A stretch of DNA of 57,305 bases from a virus. Its lineage: Duplodnaviria; Caudoviricetes. Positions 27,778-36,651 of this stretch are shown piece by piece. Every line of letters begins with the position of its first letter. Position 1 is the stretch's first letter. The DNA lies in the IMG/VR virus record IMGVR_UViG_3300035182_000325, positions 1 to 57,305 of that record; one strand, given 5' to 3'. Made by a program: the position numbers and the translations under genes. The notes under the pieces are model-generated. The model was not told where the DNA came from. It searched no databases and saw only the letters and a program-made list of their open reading frames with translations.

Positions 27778-30234
27778 CTAGATATACGGTTTGTAAATAC
27801 TTGGAGGATCGGTGTAATACCCAGGCGAGTTATCTGGTAGTGTCTGCGTATAGTCTATTTCCATTTGCATAACTGGATCAAGTCCAGCACCTTGAGAGGA
27901 AACATAATTACAAGCATCAGATAGTGTATCTACAATATCATCAGGAACTCCAGGGTGACCAGTCCAAGAGAAGACTTCATCCATACAGGTTTGGAGCCAA
28001 GGAGCATCTTCAGGGAACCAAATCCTACGCTTCTTCATACGATAGATCGCACTAGCAGCATTCTGAATCTTATCCTTACTCTTCTTGTGATCCATGATTG
28101 GAACACCTCTAGAAGCAAGAATCTGAGCAGGACCAATCCCTAATCCGTTAGCTTCGACTAGCACATATTTAGGTTTGAAGGTTTTATTAATCCGAATGAC
28201 TTGCTCAATCAGATAAGGAATCTCTTCTCTGAACCTCATCATGTGAAGCCATACCAACTGATAGTCTGGAGTCAAACCCCATACAGAGATAACAGTATAC
28301 GAAGGACCTTTCTTCTTATTAGTCACTTCGTCAATGGGTCCTTCCATAGTCGATGCTGCTGGATCAACAGTAACGAATACTTCTAAGAAGTCCTCCAACT
28401 TAATGACATACGGACCTAGTTGGAAGTAGTCTCCTCTAGAAGTGTAGAACTTAGCATGTAGAGAGTTGAATCTACTATCAGGAGAGATGTCCCAGTCACC
28501 ATAGAGTAGTTGTTGCTTACGAATCTCATCCAATCGATCGAGACTAGAAGCATATCCCCTTTGATCGATGAACTCATTATCAGCTAGTGTAGAAGGGATA
28601 AAGGGCATGTGAGGGTATCGTCCTACCCATTTAACTCTTTTCTCTCCTACTTCATCGGTGTATATCTCTTTGTGGATACCATATCTAGTTTTGATCCAGT
28701 GGTGTCCAGGTCCTCCAGGATTTCCAGCCATACGGAATCTAAGAGGTAACCCTTCATACATTGAGCATACTTTGCATCCTTTAACGTAGTTAGGTATTTT
28801 TTCTCCAGTATCAGGACATTTCTTTAACCTATGTTTAGGACATACGTTTTTTCTTAATCGAGAAAAGAGATAAGTTGGCGCAGAATCATTTTCAAAGTGA
28901 GAAGCTTCATCAATACCACAATTGGCATTGACAAGACCACACATTGTGATATAGTGTGAACTGTCTTCAACGGTTATATCACAAACATCAAAGGTTCCAG
29001 GCAATGACAAAAGGTATGAAGTGGAAACATCCAGGTGACAAGCGTTGGTTTTCTCGACCAGGATATCCTGATTCGTATATGGGTGGATATACGAAGCTGA
29101 ACAGGCAAGGTTATGTTCTTGAATACCATCCACACATTTCAACGAATGCTGCAAAGATGGTATCACAACATCGTTTAGTTTGGTTGGACGTTCATTCTGT
29201 TCTTCCTGAGGGGTACGATGTTCATCATAAGAACGAAATAAAAACGGATAACCGGATTGATAACTTAGAGTTGAAGACAAAATCGGATCATGGAAAGCAT
29301 CATATAAAGAACAATCCGATCTATCGAGTGTGTACTTTGACTTCAAAGGAAGTGAAAAAAGCACTGAAGGGGCGGACAACTTTGAAAGCGGCTGAACTAC
29401 TCGGAGTACATCATCAAACTTTGAGGAATCACTTTGACCATCTTCTAGATAAGAGAAAAGTACCTTCTTCAGATACTCCTGAGATTCAAAAGATAATTCG
29501 GAAGTACGCGAAAGACCCTGATAAGACCTTTCGAGACCTTCACAAGGATCATGGAATAGTGGCAAGGTTTGCTTGCAAGATTCTAAAGAAGTACTCGATT
29601 CCTTGGTTTTATCGACGGCCTTGGGGAGAGGTTGTGTCAAAAACCTATGATTGACTCCTTGAATCTGAAGTCCGTATCTTGTGACAGCTAGAACACACTC
29701 TTTATTAAGTTTATGTGTTTTAGTTACTCGTTTTGGACCGTTCAAAGTCCAAACCATATCACCAACTTCAATAAGACCAATCTTCTTGTAAGACTTATCA
29801 TCCATTAAAACTGGGGTCTCCGGAACACAACAGAACTGATATTCAGCACCTTGGTATCTAGTTTCAGCTTGATACTCCCCCAGATAGCCAAATTGAATTT
29901 TAGCGGGGTGTCCCGGTGATCCATTTGGCCAAAAGGTAGGAAACGAATAAGTATGGTTTTGACTATCATACTTAGCCGAAGTACCGCTGAACCATTGATG
30001 AGCCTTATCAAGCAGAGCTTTAGGTTGAGTCAATTCAACTAAAGTTCTTCGAAGAATAAGGGCCGCATACCCAGGCACATCAACGTACTGAGTAGCAGCC
30101 ATTAGAAGAACTTCAGACTTACCTCCTCCAGCAGCACCACCAAAGAAGGCTTCCAAGTGAGGAAGTAACAGGAATGCTAATTGAGTGGCATAAGGTTCCG
30201 TTGGAATGTATTCGCGATTCCATTTTATGTGCAT
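27778..30234 (-). CDS. terL: Terminase large subunit containing an intein
   Basis: GGAAGGGKS Walker A; YQGAEYQF|CGIDE Walker B after intein removal; GNPGGPGH; nuclease VDPA, VEANG and DDIVD. Confidence 0.93.
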   Translation of the reverse strand: MHIKWNREYIPTEPYATQLAFLLLPHLEAFFGGAAGGGKSEVLLMAATQYVDVPGYAALILRRTLVELTQPKALLDKAHQWFSGTSAKYDSQNHTYSFPTFWPNGSPGHPAKIQFGYLGEYQAETRYQGAEYQFCCVPETPVLMDDKSYKKIGLIEVGDMVWTLNGPKRVTKTHKLNKECVLAVTRYGLQIQGVNHRFLTQPLPKAVDKTKESSTSLESCKQTLPLFHDPCEGLERSYQGLSRTSELSFESQEYLKKVLFSYLEDGQSDSSKFDDVLRVVQPLSKLSAPSVLFSLPLKSKYTLDRSDCSLYDAFHDPILSSTLSYQSGYPFLFRSYDEHRTPQEEQNERPTKLNDVVIPSLQHSLKCVDGIQEHNLACSASYIHPYTNQDILVEKTNACHLDVSTSYLLSLPGTFDVCDITVEDSSHYITMCGLVNANCGIDEASHFENDSAPTYLFSRLRKNVCPKHRLKKCPDTGEKIPNYVKGCKVCSMYEGLPLRFRMAGNPGGPGHHWIKTRYGIHKEIYTDEVGEKRVKWVGRYPHMPFIPSTLADNEFIDQRGYASSLDRLDEIRKQQLLYGDWDISPDSRFNSLHAKFYTSRGDYFQLGPYVIKLEDFLEVFVTVDPAASTMEGPIDEVTNKKKGPSYTVISVWGLTPDYQLVWLHMMRFREEIPYLIEQVIRINKTFKPKYVLVEANGLGIGPAQILASRGVPIMDHKKSKDKIQNAASAIYRMKKRRIWFPEDAPWLQTCMDEVFSWTGHPGVPDDIVDTLSDACNYVSSQGAGLDPVMQMEIDYTQTLPDNSPGYYTDPPSIYKPYI
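28928..28955 (+). promoter_or_regulatory. Antisense sigma70 promoter inside the intein, driving the nested HNH gene
   Basis: TTGACA (28928-33), 16-nt spacer ending TGn, TATAGT (28950-55). Confidence 0.75.
29004..29654 (+). CDS. HNH homing endonuclease (216 aa) encoded antisense within the intein
   Basis: HRLVW...VHHKNEIKTDNRIDNLEL motif; C-terminal HTH (KAAELLGVHHQTL); AAAGG RBS before ATG 29004. Confidence 0.88.
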   Translation: MTKGMKWKHPGDKRWFSRPGYPDSYMGGYTKLNRQGYVLEYHPHISTNAAKMVSQHRLVWLDVHSVLPEGYDVHHKNEIKTDNRIDNLELKTKSDHGKHHIKNNPIYRVCTLTSKEVKKALKGRTTLKAAELLGVHHQTLRNHFDHLLDKRKVPSSDTPEIQKIIRKYAKDPDKTFRDLHKDHGIVARFACKILKKYSIPWFYRRPWGEVVSKTYD

Positions 30235-30770
30235 TACGCATTCCTAAATTTTAATCTACATGCTTCAGAGATTAGAACTGAATCAGCAGTCTCTACATTG
30301 ATAAGAGGGTGTTTGAACAATCGAGTAGCTAGTTTAACCATCTTGGTCTTATCCTTCCCAGGACTTGAAGCTTCCTTTTTCCACTGGTTAGGAGTAGGAC
30401 ACCAAATAGATTCAATGTTGAAAGCCTTAGCCATTCCTACAACGAATCCATAATACCAATGCATAGACGCTATGGACTTCTTACCATTGAGAGGCATGAA
30501 CACTGGAGCCTCAATCGTAAGGTAAGTCTCAGCAGGGGAATCAAAGACTTCTCGGAGAAGATCAGCCAATTCATCTTCACCCATAGTACGAAGTCTAGTT
30601 CCACCATGCCTACCCCAGAACCAATGTAGCTCTAGAGTAGGCTTCTTGAATGGAGGTTTCTTCTGAATGGAGATTGATCCCTTTTGGCCTAGATCAATCC
30701 CGATGTACCTAAGCATTGGATTCTTTGTTCGCTTCGTATACATCAAAAGCGTTGGACATAATATCTGCAA
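30234..30770 (-). CDS. RuvC-like Holliday junction resolvase (likely start ATG 30716)
   Basis: YIGIDLG, IEAP, TPNQWKK and ADSVLI motifs. Confidence 0.8.
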   Translation of the reverse strand: MQILCPTLLMYTKRTKNPMLRYIGIDLGQKGSISIQKKPPFKKPTLELHWFWGRHGGTRLRTMGEDELADLLREVFDSPAETYLTIEAPVFMPLNGKKSIASMHWYYGFVVGMAKAFNIESIWCPTPNQWKKEASSPGKDKTKMVKLATRLFKHPLINVETADSVLISEACRLKFRNA

Positions 30771-31077
30771 AATTAATTACTTCTACAGCAGCCCTCTCAA
30801 TCATGGGTCTCCTATCACCCATTCTACCCTGAAGCATATAGGTCTTGAGGATTCGTTCCATACCCATTTGTAGAGCAGAAGCGATAACTAGGTCTCTCAT
30901 CGTAAGAGCACCTGTTACACGAAGTACTGTTTCAGGTCCGTTCTCTTTACTAATCTGACGTAAGAGTTCTTGGTCTTCAGGATTCGGCGTAGCTTTAGCC
31001 ATGTAATAGTCCCTATAGAAAAGGAGAAATGGAGCAAGAGTTACAAAAAATAGAGCGTAGGAAGTTAAGCTAATCAA
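30709..31077 (-). CDS. Hypothetical protein (likely start ATG 31002)
   Basis: ORF in operon; LTMRD motif. Confidence 0.5.
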   Translation of the reverse strand: MISLTSYALFFVTLAPFLLFYRDYYMAKATPNPEDQELLRQISKENGPETVLRVTGALTMRDLVIASALQMGMERILKTYMLQGRMGDRRPMIERAAVEVINFADIMSNAFDVYEANKESNA

Positions 31078-31081
31078 TAGC

Positions 31082-31744
31082 CTAAGTTTCTATGTTAGTC
31101 GCTAGAGACGATGGTAAGGAAGGAAACACATTAGACAGAACTCCATTGCTGGTTAATAAATCCTGTTCTTTTTCCTTAGGAGCCTCAGTCTTGATCGTGA
31201 GTAGATCAAGGTCCAGAATCGAGTTTATATCCAAACCCTGCCTACGAGCAAGCTTCAAGGATGCTATCAAATTAGCCCCAACATCCAGTCTAGTCTTAGT
31301 TTCTTCTTCTTCAGAACTAATCTTAGACTCTACCCAATCATCCCCCAGAAGCTGGCTAGTCTTGGACTTCAAGAATAGTTCAGGGTTCTTTTGGGCTAGG
31401 GAGGTTTCCGCCAGAATGCGGGCTTGTGAATACCCCTCTTGTAGATACTTCCACAATTTCATGTGTGGAGTCAGGGTAAACTCTGGATCGTACTTTAGAC
31501 AGTCCTCACGCCCTCTGTACGCCCAGTTGGAGAAGGTTTGGGGTGAAACCCCTACGCACGCTGCAATCGTCCCTAGAGAGCATCCTAGGAACGCTTTGTC
31601 TTGAATGATCCCCACCTTCTTGTGGTTCTTTAGAATCCCCTCCAGAAGGGTTTCCTTAGTCTTATCGTTCAGAGGAACTAGCTCGACTACTGGTTCAGTT
31701 TTTGGTAGCGAGCTGATTCTTCTTAGTATTCTGAGTTGTCGCAT
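31082..31744 (-). CDS. Terminase small subunit (putative)
   Basis: HTH AACVGVSPQTFSNW, helical body, upstream of terL. Confidence 0.6.
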   Translation of the reverse strand: MRQLRILRRISSLPKTEPVVELVPLNDKTKETLLEGILKNHKKVGIIQDKAFLGCSLGTIAACVGVSPQTFSNWAYRGREDCLKYDPEFTLTPHMKLWKYLQEGYSQARILAETSLAQKNPELFLKSKTSQLLGDDWVESKISSEEEETKTRLDVGANLIASLKLARRQGLDINSILDLDLLTIKTEAPKEKEQDLLTSNGVLSNVFPSLPSSLATNIET

Positions 31745-31935
31745 TGGGTTATCTCTTGGGGGTCAAGGTCTTCTGACCCCCCCAAGTCTACCCATAACCC
31801 GTTCCCCAATTCAATGGGCTCCCCCAAATTAGCCATGATAACTTCTTGCAAAGCTTCAGGGTCTGGTTGGAGACCGTGAAAGTCTACTAACATCGTAATC
31901 TCCTTTTCAGATAAAGAAAAACTCTCGTACACCAA
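31723..31935 (-). CDS. Small acidic hypothetical protein
   Basis: AAGGAG RBS before internal ATG (MLVDF). Confidence 0.4.
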   Translation of the reverse strand: MVYESFSLSEKEITMLVDFHGLQPDPEALQEVIMANLGEPIELGNGLWVDLGGSEDLDPQEITQCDNSEY

Positions 31936-32159
31936 GGATAGTATACGAGAGTCAATGAGAAGCGAAAAGGTTCAGTCAATGGTCTAAAAGAGTTTATTTT
32001 CCTAATTGATCTCTTTTACAACGGTCTGACCAATAGCAGCCCTGTCTGCATTCTTCTCGACCACAATTCACTTTCGAACCATAAACTAATCGAAAGGACT
32101 CTGCGGTTAGAGCACTATACAGAATATCCCTTTCAAGTATGTTTATTTGATTGACAGAC

Positions 32160-32477
32160 TCAAGGAATGATGATCGGGGAACGCTCTGGGAGGATGAGGT
32201 CCGATTCATCGGATGCTGGTGTAGTTCCGGTGTCACCATTGACTCCTTTAACAAAATTCTCAAGTTCAGTGGTTAGAGTATTCTGGGTCAACATGAATTG
32301 CATCATGGTTTGGGATAGCATCGTATGAGACACTGAAGCCCCTGCCATGAACATAGCTCTCATCTCCTTAATAGCCGGAGGAAGGAGCTGTTCCACATCG
32401 TACTGTGAGATTAAGTATCGTTGGAATTCAGTCTCTAAAAGTAAGGAACCGATAATTGGATCATCTTGGGCTGGCAT
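32160..32477 (-). CDS. Hypothetical protein
   Basis: Translationally coupled ORF; EMRAMFMAGA motif. Confidence 0.55.
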   Translation of the reverse strand: MPAQDDPIIGSLLLETEFQRYLISQYDVEQLLPPAIKEMRAMFMAGASVSHTMLSQTMMQFMLTQNTLTTELENFVKGVNGDTGTTPASDESDLILPERSPIIIP

Positions 32478-32704
32478 TACTGTTCTCTTTCATAGGATTT
32501 AATTAACTCTTTCAGCATCCGAACATGACGATTATGTTCAATCTCTCGGAGTAGTGCTAATGCTTCTAGCTCCTTAATTCTCTCTTTTAACTTAACCTCT
32601 CTTTCCTTTGTTGCTAAGTACCTTGTCTGATAGTACTTCTCTGACTTGATCGTTGCCCTAAGCTCCTTTAACTTAGTCTTGTACCATTGTATCGTAAAGT
32701 TCAT
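32477..32704 (-). CDS. Hypothetical coiled-coil protein
   Basis: Coupled ORF in a string of small genes. Confidence 0.5.
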   Translation of the reverse strand: MNFTIQWYKTKLKELRATIKSEKYYQTRYLATKEREVKLKERIKELEALALLREIEHNRHVRMLKELIKSYEREQ

Positions 32705-32915
32705 CAGCGTCTCCGTTGAGTTGGTCTACGATACTTGGATCAGTCCCGTAATATTTAGCTCTATCCTTTGTTGCTGTAGCAAAAGCAGTAAGGCAAGCAC
32801 ACATATATTTGGCAAGGATAAAATCAGGAGTGTTCGATTCCCTCTCAACGCTGTGAGCGTTAACCAATCTCTCTAGTTGCTGGATAAATGTCGGTTTTTC
32901 TTGTTGTTCAGGCAT
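32673..32915 (-). CDS. Conserved-looking phage hypothetical protein
   Basis: N.HS.E..SNTPDFILA.Y motif. Confidence 0.6.
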   Translation of the reverse strand: MPEQQEKPTFIQQLERLVNAHSVERESNTPDFILAKYMCACLTAFATATKDRAKYYGTDPSIVDQLNGDADELYDTMVQD

Positions 32916-33135
32916 AGTACTCTTGGACCCTTCTTTCTACTTCATTAGCTGGAATTGGAAACAACGCATAAACGGTAATCTCAATCGGAGTATTGAACTT
33001 TCGATGAGTAAACTTGTGTTGTCTATAGTACTCAACACCTCCTATTATCTTATGCTCTAAATGAGGTTTATCTTCACTGATGTTAATGATCTTCCCATCT
33101 AGTGATCCTCCTATGAACAGTCTAGGTAACTGCAT
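32908..33135 (-). CDS. Hypothetical protein
   Basis: LFIGGSLDG N-terminal motif typical of small phage proteins. Confidence 0.55.
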   Translation of the reverse strand: MQLPRLFIGGSLDGKIINISEDKPHLEHKIIGGVEYYRQHKFTHRKFNTPIEITVYALFPIPANEVERRVQEYYA

Positions 33136-33380
33136 TAGTACCTCTTTCCTGAACTAATATAAACGGGAAGGTAAATTACATGCTGTTGTCTAAGCTGGTA
33201 GTAGTAAGCATTCTGTCTTACTCTTTCCCAACGTAGCTTCCTCTCATACTCCTTCTGTAAGTAAGCGTCAGAAGACCGTATCTTCCTAGCAGCATCGATA
33301 AGCCTCTGTTCATGGGGAAGGGTTCCATACGTAGTACTCACAAGTCCCATGAACAATAAGAGAGTTAATAAATTTCTCAT
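33135..33380 (-). CDS. Hypothetical secreted protein
   Basis: Signal-peptide-like N-terminus. Confidence 0.5.
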   Translation of the reverse strand: MRNLLTLLLFMGLVSTTYGTLPHEQRLIDAARKIRSSDAYLQKEYERKLRWERVRQNAYYYQLRQQHVIYLPVYISSGKRY

Positions 33381-33435
33381 AATTTAGTTTCCTAGTATTA
33401 CTGGAGGGGAGAGATTACTGCTTTGGTTTAGCGAT

Positions 33436-33759
33436 CTATTCGTAGGTCGTAACTACTTCTGTTGCTATTTTATTCAACTGTTTCCGATCTTCAATATGAT
33501 CCTTAATCAAGTCCTTCGGAATCTCCAAACAGTCCCGAGGATGTTGTTCGTCACTATCGTACCAATCGAGGATAGGTGCTAGCATAGTGCTCTCATAGTC
33601 AGAGAGGAGTGTGTTATAGTCCTTATCAGCTTGATCGAACCTCCTCTCCCAGTCCCGAGCTTTGAGTTTCCAGTTGTCTATCCGATCAGTAAGGATTGAA
33701 GCCCAAACTCCCATTATCAATCCGAAGAACACATAAATGACTGACACTATCGATTCCAT
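33436..33759 (-). CDS. Hypothetical membrane-anchored protein
   Basis: N-terminal TM helix; AGGAG RBS; upstream promoter. Confidence 0.55.
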   Translation of the reverse strand: MESIVSVIYVFFGLIMGVWASILTDRIDNWKLKARDWERRFDQADKDYNTLLSDYESTMLAPILDWYDSDEQHPRDCLEIPKDLIKDHIEDRKQLNKIATEVVTTYE

Positions 33760-33800
33760 AACACGCTCCTACAAAATGAGACTCGAACAACATTCCCCGA

Positions 33801-33829
33801 ATCCTACACTTTAGAGTTCGACAAGTCAA
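33801..33829 (-). promoter_or_regulatory. sigma70-like promoter
   Basis: TTGACT-N17-TAGGAT. Confidence 0.6.
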
Positions 33830-33864
33830 TAGGTAGAATTCGATAACCTTTCTGAGAATCCTAT

Positions 33865-34401
33865 TTACCTGGAAGGAGTATTCTTTCCTCTATATTTTCT
33901 AGCCCGAGCTTTGTTCTTATCGAAGTCTAACCATCGGCAATTAGAAGGGGTGTATCCTTTTTCAGGTTTAATTCTATCGATGGATTCATTAGGCTGAGGG
34001 AGGCCCATATCAGCTAAGAAGTTTACGAATGAAGTTCTCCATCGTTTACAGACAGTGATACCGAGTGCTCCATATCCTTTGTAACTTCTACACTTGGAGT
34101 TGTGGCAACGATGAACCATATCTCTCCACGCTGAATACACTTTAGTATTTGCGTAGCCGTGAAAGGTTAATTTGTTTCCAGGTTGGACTCCTCTTCGGTG
34201 TTCCTTAGCCAAACATCCACAAGATTGGGTAGCTCCAGATTTAAGGTTGTTTCGAATAACTGTTGCTTCCTTACCACAGTCACATTTACAGAGCCAGTAG
34301 AAATAGTTCTTTTTTGACTTACCACGCACTTCGGTATGAGACAGACGTAGGACGACCAAACGCCCGTAACGAATGCCAACAAGGTTAGTAACTGGTTTCA
34401 T
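33865..34401 (-). CDS. Free-standing HNH-type homing endonuclease
   Basis: YGRLVV, WLCKCDCG, QSCGC, YGALGITVCKRW, SIDRI...GY.PSNCRW. Confidence 0.85.
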   Translation of the reverse strand: MKPVTNLVGIRYGRLVVLRLSHTEVRGKSKKNYFYWLCKCDCGKEATVIRNNLKSGATQSCGCLAKEHRRGVQPGNKLTFHGYANTKVYSAWRDMVHRCHNSKCRSYKGYGALGITVCKRWRTSFVNFLADMGLPQPNESIDRIKPEKGYTPSNCRWLDFDKNKARARKYRGKNTPSR

Positions 34402-34441
34402 TCAAAGGTCCTTTCAAAAGAGTGTTGAGTAGTATAAGTAT

Positions 34442-34470
34442 ATCTTACCAAGCTCATAAAAAATTTGCAA
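34442..34470 (-). promoter_or_regulatory. sigma70-like promoter for the HNH gene
   Basis: TTGCAA-N17-TAAGAT; AAAGGA RBS downstream. Confidence 0.55.
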
Positions 34471-34822
34471 GGGCCGTATTGTAGCTAGGGTATCCCCGCC
34501 CTAAGAGTACTCAATAACATATATCAGTATTTTAGCTTAATAAAGTAATACAGTATTAAGGTAGAGGAGGGGTATCGTATATTAGAAGATAGAACGGTTG
34601 TTTATTAGTCGGGGAGAGAATCATTAAAAGACTCCTAGCAGGGATTCCCCACTACCCTCCCCGGTCCCACTCTACAGCATCACACGATCAGAACACATTG
34701 TCGTACCATGATTGGACTACACTACCCGTACTCGGGTACTCAGATGCGGCCATATGCTATGACCATCAATACCCGTACTCCGATCATAACAAGCATCTAC
34801 ATCTAGTACGCTGAGGGAGGGG

Positions 34823-34890
34823 ATACACATATATAATACATACGTACATACGTACATACATGCATACATACATATTAATATATAATACAT
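34823..34890. repeat. Low-complexity alternating purine/pyrimidine tract (TACA/TACG/TGCA units)
   Basis: ATACATACGTACATACGTACATACATGCATACATACAT. Confidence 0.8.
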
Positions 34891-35071
34891 GACCAGTGAG
34901 GAACGGGGATATAGATCGCTTGGAGCAAAGCGAACAAGGAATGAGTACATCAGTATCATAGAGAGCGGGGATTAGATCATCATAGTGATAAGAGCATGAG
35001 AGGCTTGGGGAGCGGGGCCTATGATGATAATGGGAATGTTGTGAGCTGTGGGGAAACTCATACCTCAATAC

Positions 35072-35122
35072 ACCCCACACCTATTTTTACTCTCGCGAAC
35101 TACCCCACACCTATTTTTACTC
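35072..35122. repeat. 21-bp direct repeat x2 (ACCCCACACCTATTTTTACTC), 30-bp period
   Basis: Copies at 35072-35092 and 35102-35122. Confidence 0.85.
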
Positions 35123-35206
35123 ATCCCCACATACTGTTATATATTATTGTATATTCCTCCTCACTACTTATTCTCACTAGGTTTATTGACGATATCAATT
35201 GATACG

Positions 35207-35233
35207 AAAAAACCCTAGCTATTAACTAGGGCT
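35207..35233 (-). terminator. Intrinsic terminator of the early gene block
   Basis: CCCTAG/CTAGGG stem followed by TTTTTT. Confidence 0.7.
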
Positions 35234-35265
35234 GAAAATGGGAACGGATACATAGGAGTAGGATT

Positions 35266-35577
35266 CTAGCTATCCAGCAGGGCTTGGTTATGGTAGCTCA
35301 CTGTTCCCGATGGTACACCTTCAACCTCGAACGGAGCACCATACACATTACGCCACCTGCGAACAAAGCCCTTCAGGCAAGTGTAGCTACCCCACTCCGA
35401 TACAAAGTAGCACCCATTATCAAACTGAATTACAAGCTTTGCTTCGTTGTAGCCGTCGAATAGAATCCGACCAACGCAAAGCTTGGTTATCAGGTGGTTC
35501 GAAACATACCTGCGAATTCCAGCTAGGTTTCTAGACCGCTGGACAATTTTCCCATTAGCATCTTTGACTACTTCCAT
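35266..35577 (-). CDS. Early hypothetical protein
   Basis: GGAG RBS; SRNL.GI.RY...F.S...RWRN..G pattern. Confidence 0.6.
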   Translation of the reverse strand: MEVVKDANGKIVQRSRNLAGIRRYVSNHLITKLCVGRILFDGYNEAKLVIQFDNGCYFVSEWGSYTCLKGFVRRWRNVYGAPFEVEGVPSGTVSYHNQALLDS

Positions 35578-35613
35578 AATGTACGCTCCGCAAATGTTTA
35601 GAATGAATTAGGA

Positions 35614-36102
35614 TCAGCCTACGAATAACACGCTAGTACTTATACGCCGATAGAGGGGTGTGTCTTTGAACCGCGTAGGATCGATTTTGACACGCTCTAC
35701 CGCAATCCAGTCTAGATATCCGAATTGCAGCTTAGAGCGGTTTACAGGGCAGCCTAGGGCTTTGCAGAGGGTTTTAGCACTATCGCCCACAGCCACCCAG
35801 TAGCCCCTAGTGCCGAATAGTACTACTGGGGGGATTCTGAATGGTGGAAGGATACTCAACACCGCCCCTTCCCTCGGGACCGGAACGAATGGGAATGGGA
35901 TTAGGCCACCCCCATTCGTTCCAGTGTGATCGTCGGAATTAATTAGCGACACTTTGAACCCCAGCGATTGGAGATTCGCGTTCCTTGTAAGTGATGAAGC
36001 AAACGATACATGAGCCACTAGGTCGCAGTTCGATAGTATCTTCCCACTCAGTCCTGAGGCATCGTCCGGTAATACCAATGGCCGATTTTGCCTTACGTAC
36101 AA
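35614..36102 (-). CDS. Early hypothetical protein (start uncertain, probably shorter)
   Basis: Fills the gap between neighbours, but its 5' part overlaps 35939..36607. Confidence 0.35.
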   Translation of the reverse strand: MYVRQNRPLVLPDDASGLSGKILSNCDLVAHVSFASSLTRNANLQSLGFKVSLINSDDHTGTNGGGLIPFPFVPVPREGAVLSILPPFRIPPVVLFGTRGYWVAVGDSAKTLCKALGCPVNRSKLQFGYLDWIAVERVKIDPTRFKDTPLYRRISTSVLFVG

Positions 36103-36607
36103 TTTGGGTTCGTGATGAACCCCCCGGAACCTGGATTACTTCCCGACGAACCCATGAATAGTTGGCCTCACCTCCATAGGTGTCCGTAAGCTCTACGTCA
36201 TAGGTCTCTACCCCAGCGTATCGTTTCTGAAGATCACGAACCCTACGCTTAACGTAGGTTGTGATCTTACGATACTCTGAGTCACCTGGATGAATGATCC
36301 GATTCGGTTGGAGGTTGCATACTACGGTACGCCGCCCATTAGAATCAAATGAGCACTCCAAGCCCCAGTAGGCTCTTTTGTATGACACTGATAGATATAA
36401 CGGCTTCCCTCCAATCATTCGAGTGTAGGTGTGGTGGGCGTAGGGCTCCGATTCCTGGTAGCCCTTCCCGATTCGTGTGGTGTGCGAGTATGAGAACCCC
36501 AGCAGCGTTATCAGGTGATGATATAGGTTGCTTCCGTGGACGATGCAATAACCTTGACCGCTGGAATTTGGATTCTCAATTTTCATGTGATCGACGATGG
36601 TAACCAT
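35939..36607 (-). CDS. Early hypothetical protein
   Basis: AGGA RBS; C-terminal ELTDTYGGEANYSWVRR motif. Confidence 0.6.
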   Translation of the reverse strand: MVTIVDHMKIENPNSSGQGYCIVHGSNLYHHLITLLGFSYSHTTRIGKGYQESEPYAHHTYTRMIGGKPLYLSVSYKRAYWGLECSFDSNGRRTVVCNLQPNRIIHPGDSEYRKITTYVKRRVRDLQKRYAGVETYDVELTDTYGGEANYSWVRREVIQVPGGSSRTQIVRKAKSAIGITGRCLRTEWEDTIELRPSGSCIVCFITYKERESPIAGVQSVAN

Positions 36608-36651
36608 GTTTGCGTTCCTGTATTTCTGGGAGGGATGTGTGATCGCTGGAA

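Larger units (their letters stand above)
28921..29832 (-). mobile_element. Intein (304 aa) inserted just before the TerL Walker B
   Basis: Block A CCVPETPVL, IEVGDMVWT, block B GVNHRF, block F VCDITVEDSSHY, terminal Asn followed by Cys+1. Confidence 0.88.

Noticed and set aside
28956-29003. GTG start of the nested HNH as given in the ORF track
   Set aside because: It sits immediately after the -10 box, upstream of the expected transcription start; ATG 29004 has an RBS.
34717-35202. ORFs 34717..34959, 34784..35080 and 34996..35202
   Set aside because: They translate simple repeats and look non-coding.
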